Shown one piece after another: positions 39,877 through 49,621 of a stretch of DNA of 64,000 bases. Positions within the stretch are counted from its first letter, which is position 1. Every line of letters starts with the position of its first letter. The notes beneath the pieces are model-generated. The model made no database searches. It saw nothing but the letters and a program-made list of their open reading frames with translations, and had not been told where the DNA came from. Source of the stretch: Patescibacteria group bacterium (GTDB taxonomy: Bacteria; Patescibacteriota; UBA1384; UBA12157; JAENIV01); assembly GCA_041666185.1 (NCBI GenBank), contig JBAYHL010000001.1, positions 153,619 through 217,618 of the forward strand, written 5' to 3'. The position numbers and the translations under genes are program-made.

Positions 39877-40982
39877 AAAAAATATTAATCGTGTCATTGA
39901 AAGCTGGGGCTGGGCATCTGAAAGCTGCTCAGGCTATTGAAAAGGCAATAAAATTGCAATGTTCTGATTTAGAGGTTAAAAATATCGATCTTTTAGACTA
40001 TGCCAGTATTCTATCAAAAGAATTTTACGGTAATTGGTATTTAGACATCGCTAACAAGGTTCCTGAATTTTACGCTTGGCTTTATAACAAACTCGATTCA
40101 TCATCAACAAGAGTTAGACTTCTTTCTGATAGAATGAATACACAAAAATTTCAAAAATTTGTCGGAGACTATAACCCAGATTTAGTCATCTGTACACACT
40201 TCGTACCAGCAAACTTACTAACTTTTTGGAGAAAACAATATCAACTAAAATTTAAAATAGTCTTGACTTTAACAGATTACGAAGCTCATAAACTTTGGGT
40301 TGATAATCAAGTTGATATGTACACAGTAGCTACAGAGTACGTTGAAGAACAGTTTGTAGAGTTTGGTGCCGATAAAAACAAAATTAAAGTAACAGGAATT
40401 CCTATTGATATTAAATTTTTAAGTAAAATTGAGAAAGAAGAAGTTAGAAAAAAATTAGGACTTGAAAATAAATTTACAATATCGATATTTGCTGGAGCAT
40501 TTGGTGTTGGATCTTTACAAGAAATATTTGCCAAAATTACTAAAATAGAAAACGATTTCCAAATAATTGCTATTGCCGGCAAAAACAAACAACTTTATAA
40601 AGAATTTCAAAATCTTGCTCAAAAATCAACTAAAAAAATTATGATCCGTGGATTTGCTGATAATATGGAAGAAATAATGGCTGCTAGCGATGTCGCTGTC
40701 TCAAAAGCAGGTGGTTTAACAGTCTCTGAGTGTTTGGCTACTAATTTACCATTAATAATCACGCACCCCTTCCCAGGTCAAGAAGAAGCAAATACCCGCT
40801 ACTTACTTAATAATCAAGCAGCATTTGTGGCTGATAAGCCAGGAGAGGTAATTAATATTTTTGAAAAAGTTTTAAAAAATCCAGTCACATTAAAACAAAT
40901 GAAACAGAATATCGAAAAAATATCCAAACCAAACGCAGCCTTAGATATTGTAAAATTAATAAAAAAATTTATAGAACCATAA
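39873..40982 (+). CDS. GT28 UgtP/MGDG-synthase-like diacylglycerol glycosyltransferase
   Basis: GAGHLKAA, CTHF, TDY..H..W, TGIPI, KAGGLTVSE, PGQEEAN. Confidence 0.9.
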   Translation: MKKILIVSLKAGAGHLKAAQAIEKAIKLQCSDLEVKNIDLLDYASILSKEFYGNWYLDIANKVPEFYAWLYNKLDSSSTRVRLLSDRMNTQKFQKFVGDYNPDLVICTHFVPANLLTFWRKQYQLKFKIVLTLTDYEAHKLWVDNQVDMYTVATEYVEEQFVEFGADKNKIKVTGIPIDIKFLSKIEKEEVRKKLGLENKFTISIFAGAFGVGSLQEIFAKITKIENDFQIIAIAGKNKQLYKEFQNLAQKSTKKIMIRGFADNMEEIMAASDVAVSKAGGLTVSECLATNLPLIITHPFPGQEEANTRYLLNNQAAFVADKPGEVINIFEKVLKNPVTLKQMKQNIEKISKPNAALDIVKLIKKFIEP

Positions 40983-41007
40983 ATTTATATAATATTTTAT
41001 ATTAAAA

Positions 41008-41886
41008 TTATTTTTTCAAAAATTTTTCGATTAATTTTTCCGCCTCTTCGTACTCTCGAACCCATTTAATATCTTTATTCTTCCCAAACCAAGTCTCTTG
41101 TCGACGAATATAAGCATGCGTGTTAGTCTTTATTTTTGCAATCGCTTCTTTTAATTCTATTCTGCCTTGCAAATAATCAATAATTTCTTTATATCCAATT
41201 GTGTTAAGTGTAGATAAATCAGGGCGATATTTTTTTAGAAGTTCTCTTACTTCTTCAACTAATCCATCTTTGATCATCTGGTCAATTCGCGCGTCAACTT
41301 TCGAGTACAGTGCTTCCCGATTAGTTTCAATGCCAACAATTAAAGTTTCAAATGATGGTTTTTTCTTTTTCTGCAATTTACTAAACGGCGTTTGAGCAAG
41401 AATCGAAACCTCTAAAGCACGAATTAGGCGACGCTTATTTTTTGAATCAATTGTTTTCGCTGTCTTTGGATCAAGTTCTTGTAATTTTTGATATAATTCA
41501 CTCTCTTTTAATTTTTCTAATTTTTCTCGTAACTTTAAGCTCTCTTCTTGCAAATTAGGAATCACGTAACCATATAAAACTGCATATAAGTAAAGACCGG
41601 TGCCACCAACTAAAACTGGTAAAGATTTCATATTTAAATATTGTTCAATTAAATCATTAGCTAGACGTTGATAATCCCAAACCGTAAAATGTTGGATTGG
41701 TGAAATTATGTCAATTAAATCTTGACGAAAACTTTTATCTTTACCAGTTCCAATATCAAGACCTTTATAAATTTGCCGAGAATCAGCAGAAATTATTTTC
41801 GCATTAAATTTCTTAGCAATTTTTTTTGCCCAAACGGTTTTGCCAGAACCAGTTGGTCCAACAATAGCAATAACTTTTTTATTCAT
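41008..41886 (-). CDS. miaA: tRNA dimethylallyltransferase
   Basis: GPTGSGKT, SADSRQIY, VGGTGLY, IGYKE, RRQ.TWF. Confidence 0.97.
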   Translation of the reverse strand: MNKKVIAIVGPTGSGKTVWAKKIAKKFNAKIISADSRQIYKGLDIGTGKDKSFRQDLIDIISPIQHFTVWDYQRLANDLIEQYLNMKSLPVLVGGTGLYLYAVLYGYVIPNLQEESLKLREKLEKLKESELYQKLQELDPKTAKTIDSKNKRRLIRALEVSILAQTPFSKLQKKKKPSFETLIVGIETNREALYSKVDARIDQMIKDGLVEEVRELLKKYRPDLSTLNTIGYKEIIDYLQGRIELKEAIAKIKTNTHAYIRRQETWFGKNKDIKWVREYEEAEKLIEKFLKK

Positions 41887-41887
41887 T

Positions 41888-44428
41888 TTATTTTAAAATT
41901 TTTCTTTTTATAAATTTATACGTCTCTTCAACAACTAGCAAGATTATACCAACCAAAATGATTCTTGGCCAGACAATGATTGGTAAATAACTGGTTCCAA
42001 GATAATGTTGAAAGAATCCACAATATGTCATTAACACAATCAGGATTAATGAAGAACAAACTGAAAAAATTAAATACAAATTTTTCCAAAATGGATAATA
42101 AAAGATTGAGACATTGGGGCAACGTGATAAAAATATATTAAAAGCTTGGCAAATGACCAATGTTGCTAAAGACGCCGTTGTTGCTGCTGCATAACTACCA
42201 GTTAGTTTATTTGTAAACGAAAAAGACCAAACCGCGCCAATACCCATTACTAAACCAATCAACACTAAACGCAAAAACGAATCACCGGTCAAAAGTTGGG
42301 TTTCTTTAGAACGAGGCTTTGTTTGCATAACATTCCCCTCTGCAGGTTCGGCAATAAGAGCCATTGAAGGAAGTATATCGGTACCCAAATCAACACTTAA
42401 AATCTGAATGGCAGTAATTGGCAAAGGTAACCCAAACAAGATTCCTACAACAACAGTTGAAAGTTCACCAAAATTTGAAGAAAAAATATAAAATAAAAAT
42501 TTTTTAATATTGTCAAAAATCATTCGACCCTCTTTAACTGCCTGAACAATAGTCGCAAAATTGTCATCAATTAAAATCATGTCAGCCGCTTCTCTTGAAA
42601 CATCCGTGCCAATTTTACCCATAGCAATACCGATATCAGCTCGTTTTAATGCTGGCGCATCATTAACGCCATCGCCAGTAACAGCAACAATTTCTCCCAT
42701 TTTCATTAAATTATCAACTATTCGATATTTTTGTTCTGGCAAGATTCTGGCAAAAATTGTTTTTTCACGTAAAATACTACGAAGCTCGATATCAGACATT
42801 TTCTCTAAAACAGTACCTTCTACCACTTCGTTATCAAAATTATCTTTTTTAATAATTCCTACCATTTGGCCAATAGATCTAGCCGTAACGGCATTATCAC
42901 CAGTAACCATTAAAACTTTAATACCACCTTCTTGGCATTGTTGAATTGCCTGAGCAACTTCTGGCCGCGGAGGATCAAAAATTGCTACTAATCCTAAAAA
43001 AGTTTTATTGTACGCCAACCCCAAAACTCTAAAACCTTGTAAAGCAAGTTCCTTAAACTTTTTTAAAATTTTTTCTTTTTCTTGTTCGCTTAACTGACAT
43101 TTTTTTATTATTATTTCCGGTGCTCCCTTTAAAAGTTCGAAATTTTTCTCACCATCAAAAAAATTTACACTCATAAATCTTCTTTTTGCATTAAAAGGAG
43201 TTTCCGTCACTTTGTGATATTTTTTTCTTAAATCTTCAATATCAACTTTATTTTTTGCCCAATCTAGTAACGCTATTTCCGTTTGGTCGCCAAATTCACC
43301 ATGTAAGTTGATTTGAGCATTATTACACAAAACACATACTTCGTTAATTAATCTTTCCTTTTCTCGACTATCAATTTTTAAATCTAAATCAGACCAGACT
43401 TCCCTTACTTTCATTTGACCAGTTGTGATTGTGCCTGTTTTATCAGAACAAATTATTGTTACCGAACCTAAAGTTTCCACTGAAACCAAATTTCTTACCA
43501 ATGCTTTACGATCAGCTAAATCTTTTGCGCCTAAAGACAAGGCAACCGAGATTGTTGCCGGCAATCCTTCTGGGACTAAAGCAGCCGCTACTGCTACCGA
43601 AAAAATTAAAGCATCAAGTATATCGTGACCAACAAAATATTTGTAAATAATTAGCCCGATCATTACAAACACAGCAATCAGGGCTATTTTTTTAGCCATC
43701 TTTCGTGTTTTATCTTGTAGCGGCGAAAGGGTTTTGTCGATTTCGGTTGTTTTTTTAGCAATTTGGCCAAATTCTGTTTTCATTCCAGTACCAGTAACAA
43801 CCCCTATTCCTTCGCCAGATGCAATAACTGTCCCCATAAAAAGGCAATTTTCCACTTCAATCAAAGATAAATGATCATCTAAATAATCTCTGACCATTTT
43901 ATTTTGAGGATTTGCTTCACCTGTTAGTGCTTGATCATTAGTTCTTAAATCATACGATTCGATTAAACGAATATCAGCCGGAACTTTATCACCTTCGCCA
44001 ATCATCACAATATCACCAGGCACAAGATAAGAAGAGGGAATTTGTAAATCTTGATTATCACGCTTAACTTTTACGTAAGACGGAAGAAATTCTGTTAAAG
44101 CCCGTAAAATTTTCTCGGCCTTGAATTCTTGCGTAAAACCAATCAAAGCGTTAAGCAGAACAATCATTGAAATTGCTACGCCGTTGCGAGTATCTCCTAA
44201 AACAAAAGAAAGCAAAGCCGCAAAAATAAGTAAGAGTACTAACAAATCCGCTAGTTGATCAAAAAATATTTGAAAATAGGGAAGTGGTGTTTTCCTAAGT
44301 AGAGTATTGCTACCAAATTTTAAAATTCTTTTCTGGGCCTCGAAAGCACTTAAACCAGTTTTTTCTGCTTCCAGGTTCTTCAATATCTTTTCAGCTGTCC
44401 CCTGCCAAGGCTTTAGAACCGTCTCCAC
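41888..44428 (-). CDS. P2-type cation-transporting P-type ATPase
   Basis: PEGL, DKTGT, KGAPE, DPPR, TGDGVNDAPAL. GTG start with AGGAGG SD. Confidence 0.95.
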   Translation of the reverse strand: METVLKPWQGTAEKILKNLEAEKTGLSAFEAQKRILKFGSNTLLRKTPLPYFQIFFDQLADLLVLLLIFAALLSFVLGDTRNGVAISMIVLLNALIGFTQEFKAEKILRALTEFLPSYVKVKRDNQDLQIPSSYLVPGDIVMIGEGDKVPADIRLIESYDLRTNDQALTGEANPQNKMVRDYLDDHLSLIEVENCLFMGTVIASGEGIGVVTGTGMKTEFGQIAKKTTEIDKTLSPLQDKTRKMAKKIALIAVFVMIGLIIYKYFVGHDILDALIFSVAVAAALVPEGLPATISVALSLGAKDLADRKALVRNLVSVETLGSVTIICSDKTGTITTGQMKVREVWSDLDLKIDSREKERLINEVCVLCNNAQINLHGEFGDQTEIALLDWAKNKVDIEDLRKKYHKVTETPFNAKRRFMSVNFFDGEKNFELLKGAPEIIIKKCQLSEQEKEKILKKFKELALQGFRVLGLAYNKTFLGLVAIFDPPRPEVAQAIQQCQEGGIKVLMVTGDNAVTARSIGQMVGIIKKDNFDNEVVEGTVLEKMSDIELRSILREKTIFARILPEQKYRIVDNLMKMGEIVAVTGDGVNDAPALKRADIGIAMGKIGTDVSREAADMILIDDNFATIVQAVKEGRMIFDNIKKFLFYIFSSNFGELSTVVVGILFGLPLPITAIQILSVDLGTDILPSMALIAEPAEGNVMQTKPRSKETQLLTGDSFLRLVLIGLVMGIGAVWSFSFTNKLTGSYAAATTASLATLVICQAFNIFLSRCPNVSIFYYPFWKNLYLIFSVCSSLILIVLMTYCGFFQHYLGTSYLPIIVWPRIILVGIILLVVEETYKFIKRKILK

Positions 44429-44570
44429 TCTCCTCCTTTTGAGAACCTTCGTGTTTGTTCTTGATGATTTCTTGCAAACGAAAAACTGAACGACCAGATT
44501 TTTTTTGCTCTTTTTTATATTTTTCTTTTTTCTTTAGATCTTCTTCAATTCTATCTAAATCATTTTCCAT
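44391..44570 (-). CDS. small charged hypothetical protein (59 aa), not in the ORF track
   Basis: Hand translation MENDLDRIEEDLKKKEKYKKEQKKSGRSVFRLQEIIKNK... fills the tRNA-to-ATPase gap and overlaps the ATPase start. Confidence 0.5.
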   Translation of the reverse strand: MENDLDRIEEDLKKKEKYKKEQKKSGRSVFRLQEIIKNKHEGSQKEESGDGSKALAGDS

Positions 44571-44575
44571 AATTT

Positions 44576-44661
44576 TGGTGCCCGGGAGAGGACTTGAACC
44601 TCCACGCCCTTTCGGACATTAGCTCCTAAAGCTAACGTGTATACCATTTCACCACCCGGGC
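44576..44661 (-). tRNA. tRNA-Leu(TAG)
   Basis: GCCCGGG...TTAGC-TTTAGGA-GCTAA, long variable arm, GGTTCAAGTCC, CCA. Confidence 0.95.
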
Positions 44662-45090
44662 TCATTCCCCCACTGTTATCAAATCTTTTAGCTGCTCAAA
44701 ACTTTTATCGCCTATTCCTTTAATATTTTTTAATTCTTCAATTGTCTTAAAACCACCATTTTCTTCACGATAAGAAATTATATCGGTTGCACGAGCCGGC
44801 CCAATGCTAGGTAATGAATCCAGTTTTTCAGCAGTAGCTGTGTTTATGTTAATTTTATCACTTTGATTGTCAGACGCTATAGTCACACCAGCAACCATTT
44901 GAGATTGTTGGCTTAATTGTCCGCGCAATAATTCATTTTGATTTTTAAGCTCAGCAATTTCTCGATTTTCTTGCACAACTTTCTCACCTTTAGCCTTATC
45001 CCACCAAATAATACTTATCCCACCTAAAATTAAAACTAAAAGAACTATACTAATTAGCCACCGATTACGATAAAGAAAATCGTCAAACAT
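44662..45090 (-). CDS. comEA: competence DNA-binding protein ComEA
   Basis: TM plus KININTAT...LPSIGP...IKGIG HhH motifs. Confidence 0.92.
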   Translation of the reverse strand: MFDDFLYRNRWLISIVLLVLILGGISIIWWDKAKGEKVVQENREIAELKNQNELLRGQLSQQSQMVAGVTIASDNQSDKININTATAEKLDSLPSIGPARATDIISYREENGGFKTIEELKNIKGIGDKSFEQLKDLITVGE

Positions 45091-45099
45091 GATAATAAT

Positions 45100-47130
45100 T
45101 TATTCCAAATGTCTTTCCATTTCGAATTCAGCTAATTTCTCTTTTAATTTCGGATATTTTTCAATGTCTTCTGCAACAATTTTTTCCGCGGACGACCTTA
45201 CCTTCTTGATTAAAATTGTATCTGAAAGTGAGGCCATTTTCAAGTCGGGAAGACCAGATTGCCGAATACCCGCCAATTCACCTGGTCCACGCATTTGCAA
45301 ATCAATTTCTGCTAATTCAAAACCGTTATGGCACTGCTCCATTGCACTAAGACGTTTTTTAGCAATTTCTGACCAACTTTCAGAAAACAAAAAACAATAA
45401 GATTGAAATTTACTTCTACCAACCCGACCACGAAACTGATGGAGTTGAGCCAAACCAAATCTTTCTGCACTTTCAATCATCATAACTGTCGCATTAGGTA
45501 CATCAATGCCAACTTCCACCACAGCTGTTGAAACTAAAATATCTAATTTTTTATCATGAAACTTTTTCATTATTTCATCTTTTTCTTTCGACTTTAGCTT
45601 GCCATGCAAAAGACCAATTTTAAATTCTGGAAAAATATTTTCGGAAAGTTTTTTATGCTCTTCAATGACTGATTTTCTATCAGTTTCAAATAAATTTATT
45701 CTATTAGAATCTTTAGTTTCAATGATTGGACAAACAACAAAAGCTTGGTAGCCTTTTCTAATTTGGTCGTGGATAAAATCATAAGCTTTTTGACGATCTT
45801 TTGGCTCAACAACCTTTGTAATAACTTTTTTTCGCCCCGTTGGCATTTGAGAAATTATTGATAAATCCAAATCGCCGTACAGGCAAAGAGCTAAAGTTCT
45901 AGGAATAGGGGTGGCTGTCATCGAGAGAAGGTGGGGAATCAATTTGCCTTTTCGAAGGTGTGCCCGTTGTTTGACCCCAAAGCGATGCTGTTCATCAACA
46001 ATAATTAAAGCCAGATTTGGAACTTGAACGTTTTTTTGTAATAAAGCATGAGTGCCAATTACTAAGTCGTCTTTTTCTAAGTTAGCTATTTTATTAGCGG
46101 CTGTCATCAAACCGACTTTTATCTTATAAGGTACGAGTAATTTTGAAACATTTTTGTAATGTTGGTTGGCTAAAATTTCCGTCGGGGCAAGCCAAACAGA
46201 TTGATATTTATTTTTCGCGGCTACCATTGCCGCCATAGCGGCTACAACCGTTTTGCCAGAACCAACATCACCTTCAAGCAAACGATTCATTGGCCTATTT
46301 TTACCTAAATCTTTAATAATTTCCCAAGCAGATTTTCTCTGAGCATCAGTTAGCCTAAACGGCAATTTTTTAACAAAATCTTTTAATAATTTTTCATCAA
46401 AAAGTAGAGCAGTCGCTTTACTTTTTGACAGTTCTTTTTTATTAACAAGCATTCTTAAAGCAATCAGGAATAGTTCATCAAAACCAAGTCTTTTTTTAGC
46501 GGTTTCAACATCGGAAGTTTTTTTTGGAAAATGAATTTTATTAATCGCTTCACTTAAACCAACTAAATTTTCTTGTTTTAATATTTTTTCAGGTAGGTAT
46601 TCTTCAATTGATTCCACTGACACCTCGGAGGTGTCAGTGGTTAAAATAGATTTAACTAATTTTCGTAAATATTTACTCGTTACTCCTTCTGTTTCACTAT
46701 AAACTGGTAAAATAATTGGTTCTTTTTCATACTGTGAAATATTTAAAGTTTTCTTTCTATTTTTAAAATCCCAATTAACTTTACCGGAAAATAACCATTC
46801 GTCTCCGGGTTTTAAAATTTTTATTAAAAAAGGTTGGTTAAACCAAACAGCCTTGATACTGCCAGAATCATCAACCAATTCTGCCTCAATAATACTCAAC
46901 CAACGTTTGCTAGTATATGATTGTTTTATTTGAAATATTTTCGCTTTGATGATTACATTTTCACCAATTCGCAAACTCCTAATTGGGATTGGCGCAGAAA
47001 AATTGTCATAACGCCAAGGATAATAAAAAAGAAGGTCACGGACAGTTTCTATCCCTAACCTCTTTAACTTTTCGACCATCTTTGGTCCTACACCGGAAAG
47101 ATCTTGGATTGGCGATTCGAGATTAGTCAT
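45100..47130 (-). CDS. recG: ATP-dependent DNA helicase RecG
   Basis: GDVGSGKT, DEQHRFG, TATPIPRTL, LHQFRGRVGR, RGPGEL. Confidence 0.97.
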   Translation of the reverse strand: MTNLESPIQDLSGVGPKMVEKLKRLGIETVRDLLFYYPWRYDNFSAPIPIRSLRIGENVIIKAKIFQIKQSYTSKRWLSIIEAELVDDSGSIKAVWFNQPFLIKILKPGDEWLFSGKVNWDFKNRKKTLNISQYEKEPIILPVYSETEGVTSKYLRKLVKSILTTDTSEVSVESIEEYLPEKILKQENLVGLSEAINKIHFPKKTSDVETAKKRLGFDELFLIALRMLVNKKELSKSKATALLFDEKLLKDFVKKLPFRLTDAQRKSAWEIIKDLGKNRPMNRLLEGDVGSGKTVVAAMAAMVAAKNKYQSVWLAPTEILANQHYKNVSKLLVPYKIKVGLMTAANKIANLEKDDLVIGTHALLQKNVQVPNLALIIVDEQHRFGVKQRAHLRKGKLIPHLLSMTATPIPRTLALCLYGDLDLSIISQMPTGRKKVITKVVEPKDRQKAYDFIHDQIRKGYQAFVVCPIIETKDSNRINLFETDRKSVIEEHKKLSENIFPEFKIGLLHGKLKSKEKDEIMKKFHDKKLDILVSTAVVEVGIDVPNATVMMIESAERFGLAQLHQFRGRVGRSKFQSYCFLFSESWSEIAKKRLSAMEQCHNGFELAEIDLQMRGPGELAGIRQSGLPDLKMASLSDTILIKKVRSSAEKIVAEDIEKYPKLKEKLAEFEMERHLE
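46614..46640. repeat. 27-nt near-perfect palindrome in frame inside recG
   Basis: CCACTGACACCT-CGG-AGGTGTCAGTGG with 12-bp arms, translated within TTDTSEVSVE. Confidence 0.75.
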
Positions 47131-48094
47131 CAACAACCTTTATGCCAATTTTATTGAAACTTTTTTTCATTTTATTGTAAACCTCTGGTATAAACTGACT
47201 ATTATCTTCTCTCCCTTTACCCTGAGAAAAACAAAAAGTAACCAAAATTCTTAAATGCAACATTGCTGTATAGAGATCGAATTTCTCTCTATTAAAATCA
47301 CCATATCCAGCCAAAAACTCTTTTTTTAAATTTTCGAAAGTAGCAATATCTCCATATCTTTTTAACATAATTTCTAATTGATTTATAAAACTGGCAACAT
47401 CATATTCCCGATCCAAAAGGCAAACTGTTCCAAAATCTAAAATAAAAATTTTATGATCAAAGAAAATTAAATTAGCCGGCTGATAATCTCCATGGCAGAT
47501 GTCATCAGATTTTTGTTGGTAGATTTTTTCTTTCAATGGCGCGACAATTTCGTTAAGAGATTTTGCTAAATTTGGATAAAATTTAAATAAAGCCCAGCCT
47601 TCAAAATCCTTATAATTCAAGAAATTACCAGCATCCCACAATTCAAAATCTGGTTTAGGTAAAGTATGAAACTTTTTTAACGCTTTAGCAGCAAAACGGA
47701 TTTTTTTATCTAAAAGGTCTTTATTTTTCAAATCAAATATCAAGGTTTCGCCCGGTAGACTCTCGTAAAAAAATAAATTATACTCCTTAAAAAAAGCCAA
47801 CGGTTTAGGGACTAAAATTTCATCATTGTTAAACCCATGATTATAGATAAAAGATAATATTTTAAATTCTTTTTCTTTTGGAAGATCTAAAGAAGCAGAA
47901 GCACGGATGTCTTTTACTTGATCACCAACTTTTATTTTGTAAAATACATTATAAGCACGATTGTTATAAGTATAAGCACGTTCTAATTCCAAAACCTCTA
48001 AAAAAGAATCTTCCCCAAAAAGATCTTTTACGTTAGTTGATAAAAATGACTGGATGTCACTTTTATTTAATAAAAATTCTAAGTCTTTATTCAT
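47123..48094 (-). CDS. APH/choline-kinase-fold phosphotransferase
   Basis: VPKPL, CHGDYQPANL (Brenner motif), LDFG, YDVASF. Confidence 0.85.
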   Translation of the reverse strand: MNKDLEFLLNKSDIQSFLSTNVKDLFGEDSFLEVLELERAYTYNNRAYNVFYKIKVGDQVKDIRASASLDLPKEKEFKILSFIYNHGFNNDEILVPKPLAFFKEYNLFFYESLPGETLIFDLKNKDLLDKKIRFAAKALKKFHTLPKPDFELWDAGNFLNYKDFEGWALFKFYPNLAKSLNEIVAPLKEKIYQQKSDDICHGDYQPANLIFFDHKIFILDFGTVCLLDREYDVASFINQLEIMLKRYGDIATFENLKKEFLAGYGDFNREKFDLYTAMLHLRILVTFCFSQGKGREDNSQFIPEVYNKMKKSFNKIGIKVVDD

Positions 48095-49608
48095 TCATTT
48101 TTTTGTTCTAGTTTTTTTAAATATTCTTTATGATTTTTAATAGCTTTTTTATACAACCAAATATACTTCTTGGCTGATTTTTTCCATGAAAAATCTTTTT
48201 TCATACAATTTATTTGCATTTTACGCCAATGTTCTTTCTGATTATAATAAGTCTCAACTGCTCGACCAATTGCTTTTAGAAAATCTTTCTTTTCGTAATT
48301 TTTAAACACAAAACCAGTTTTCCCGTCTCTGACAGTGTCAGCCAACCCACCTGTTTTTCTAACAATTGGAATAGTACCAAAACGCATGGCAATAATTTGC
48401 GACAAACCACACGGCTCAAAACGCGAAGGCATTAATATCATATCCGCTCCGGCATAAATTGTTTGAGCAAAATTAGTATCAAATTTTTCGGCGGCTATTT
48501 CTTCTGGATGTTTTTTTTCTGCTTTAATAAATACTTTTTCGATATTTTTCCAACCCGAACCCAAAACAATAAATTGTCCGCCCATATCCAAAAGATCTTT
48601 TAAAACATCTTCAATTAAATCAAGACCTTTTTGTCCTGTTAGCCTAGAAACCACACATACAAGAGGCAGATCAGCCGATTGGGTTAGTCCAAGTTTTTTT
48701 TGCAAAAATAGTTTATTTTCAACTTTTTTATCCAGACTCTCAATCCAATATTTAACCGGTGTGTCTTCATTTGTTCTTGGATCAAAATCATGATAATCCA
48801 TACCATTTAGTATGCCAGTAAAGTGATCCTTATTAACTTGTAAAAGTTTTTGCAATCCTGCCCCATACTTTTTAGTTAAAATTTCCTTTGCATAAGTTAC
48901 GCTCACCGTATTAATCATGTCTGCGTTCATAATCGCTTCGGCTGTTAAATTTATTTCATTCTTTTTTAATAATTTGTTTGTTGGTCTAAAATCTTTTCTC
49001 TTAAGACCTAGCTTTTTAGCAACATTTATTTTGCCTATTGGTTGGGTAGCTAAATTATGAATAGTTTCTACTGACGAAATATCTCTTAAAAATGGGTCGT
49101 CTTTATAAATAGTTCTTATCCACTTCGACATCAACGATTCAAAACCATCATGATAATGAATAACATCGGGATGCCAATCGAAAGCCTTCAAAAGTTGGAT
49201 AGCAACTTTTGAAATAAAAACATATAAGAAATAAGGTATCTCATCATAAGTTTCACCAATATCATTTAGGACTACCCCATTAGGATAAATACTCTTTGGA
49301 CACTCAATTAAATAAACTGGTATATACGTGTCTGGCAAACAAGTTTTCCAAACAGAAATTTTTACCCATTTTTTATTATCGGGCATCTTTACTTTCATGT
49401 CCTTAATGATTAATTCTGCACAATATTTTTCAAGATCAATTGTTTCGTATTTAGCCATAACGATTCTGATATCAACAGGATATGTTTCTGCTAAAGCTTT
49501 TGGTAAATAACCAACAATGTCACCTAAGCCACCAGCCTTAGCCAAAGGAGTGAGCTCAGTTGTCACGTGAAGTATTTTTAACCTTTTTTGGTAACGTATT
49601 TTTGGCAT
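48091..49608 (-). CDS. glgA: glycogen/starch synthase (GT5)
   Basis: KAGGLGD, TIHNL, NTVS.TYA.EI, GILNG, SRLTGQKG, PSRFEPCGL, TGGLADTV. Confidence 0.93.
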   Translation of the reverse strand: MPKIRYQKRLKILHVTTELTPLAKAGGLGDIVGYLPKALAETYPVDIRIVMAKYETIDLEKYCAELIIKDMKVKMPDNKKWVKISVWKTCLPDTYIPVYLIECPKSIYPNGVVLNDIGETYDEIPYFLYVFISKVAIQLLKAFDWHPDVIHYHDGFESLMSKWIRTIYKDDPFLRDISSVETIHNLATQPIGKINVAKKLGLKRKDFRPTNKLLKKNEINLTAEAIMNADMINTVSVTYAKEILTKKYGAGLQKLLQVNKDHFTGILNGMDYHDFDPRTNEDTPVKYWIESLDKKVENKLFLQKKLGLTQSADLPLVCVVSRLTGQKGLDLIEDVLKDLLDMGGQFIVLGSGWKNIEKVFIKAEKKHPEEIAAEKFDTNFAQTIYAGADMILMPSRFEPCGLSQIIAMRFGTIPIVRKTGGLADTVRDGKTGFVFKNYEKKDFLKAIGRAVETYYNQKEHWRKMQINCMKKDFSWKKSAKKYIWLYKKAIKNHKEYLKKLEQKNE

Positions 49609-49621
49609 TTTCTCCTCCTTT

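Noticed and set aside
25807-44661. Similar ends of tRNA-Leu(TAA) and tRNA-Leu(TAG) as attL/attR of an island
   Set aside because: Both are complete tRNAs with different anticodons, and the region between them is mostly housekeeping.
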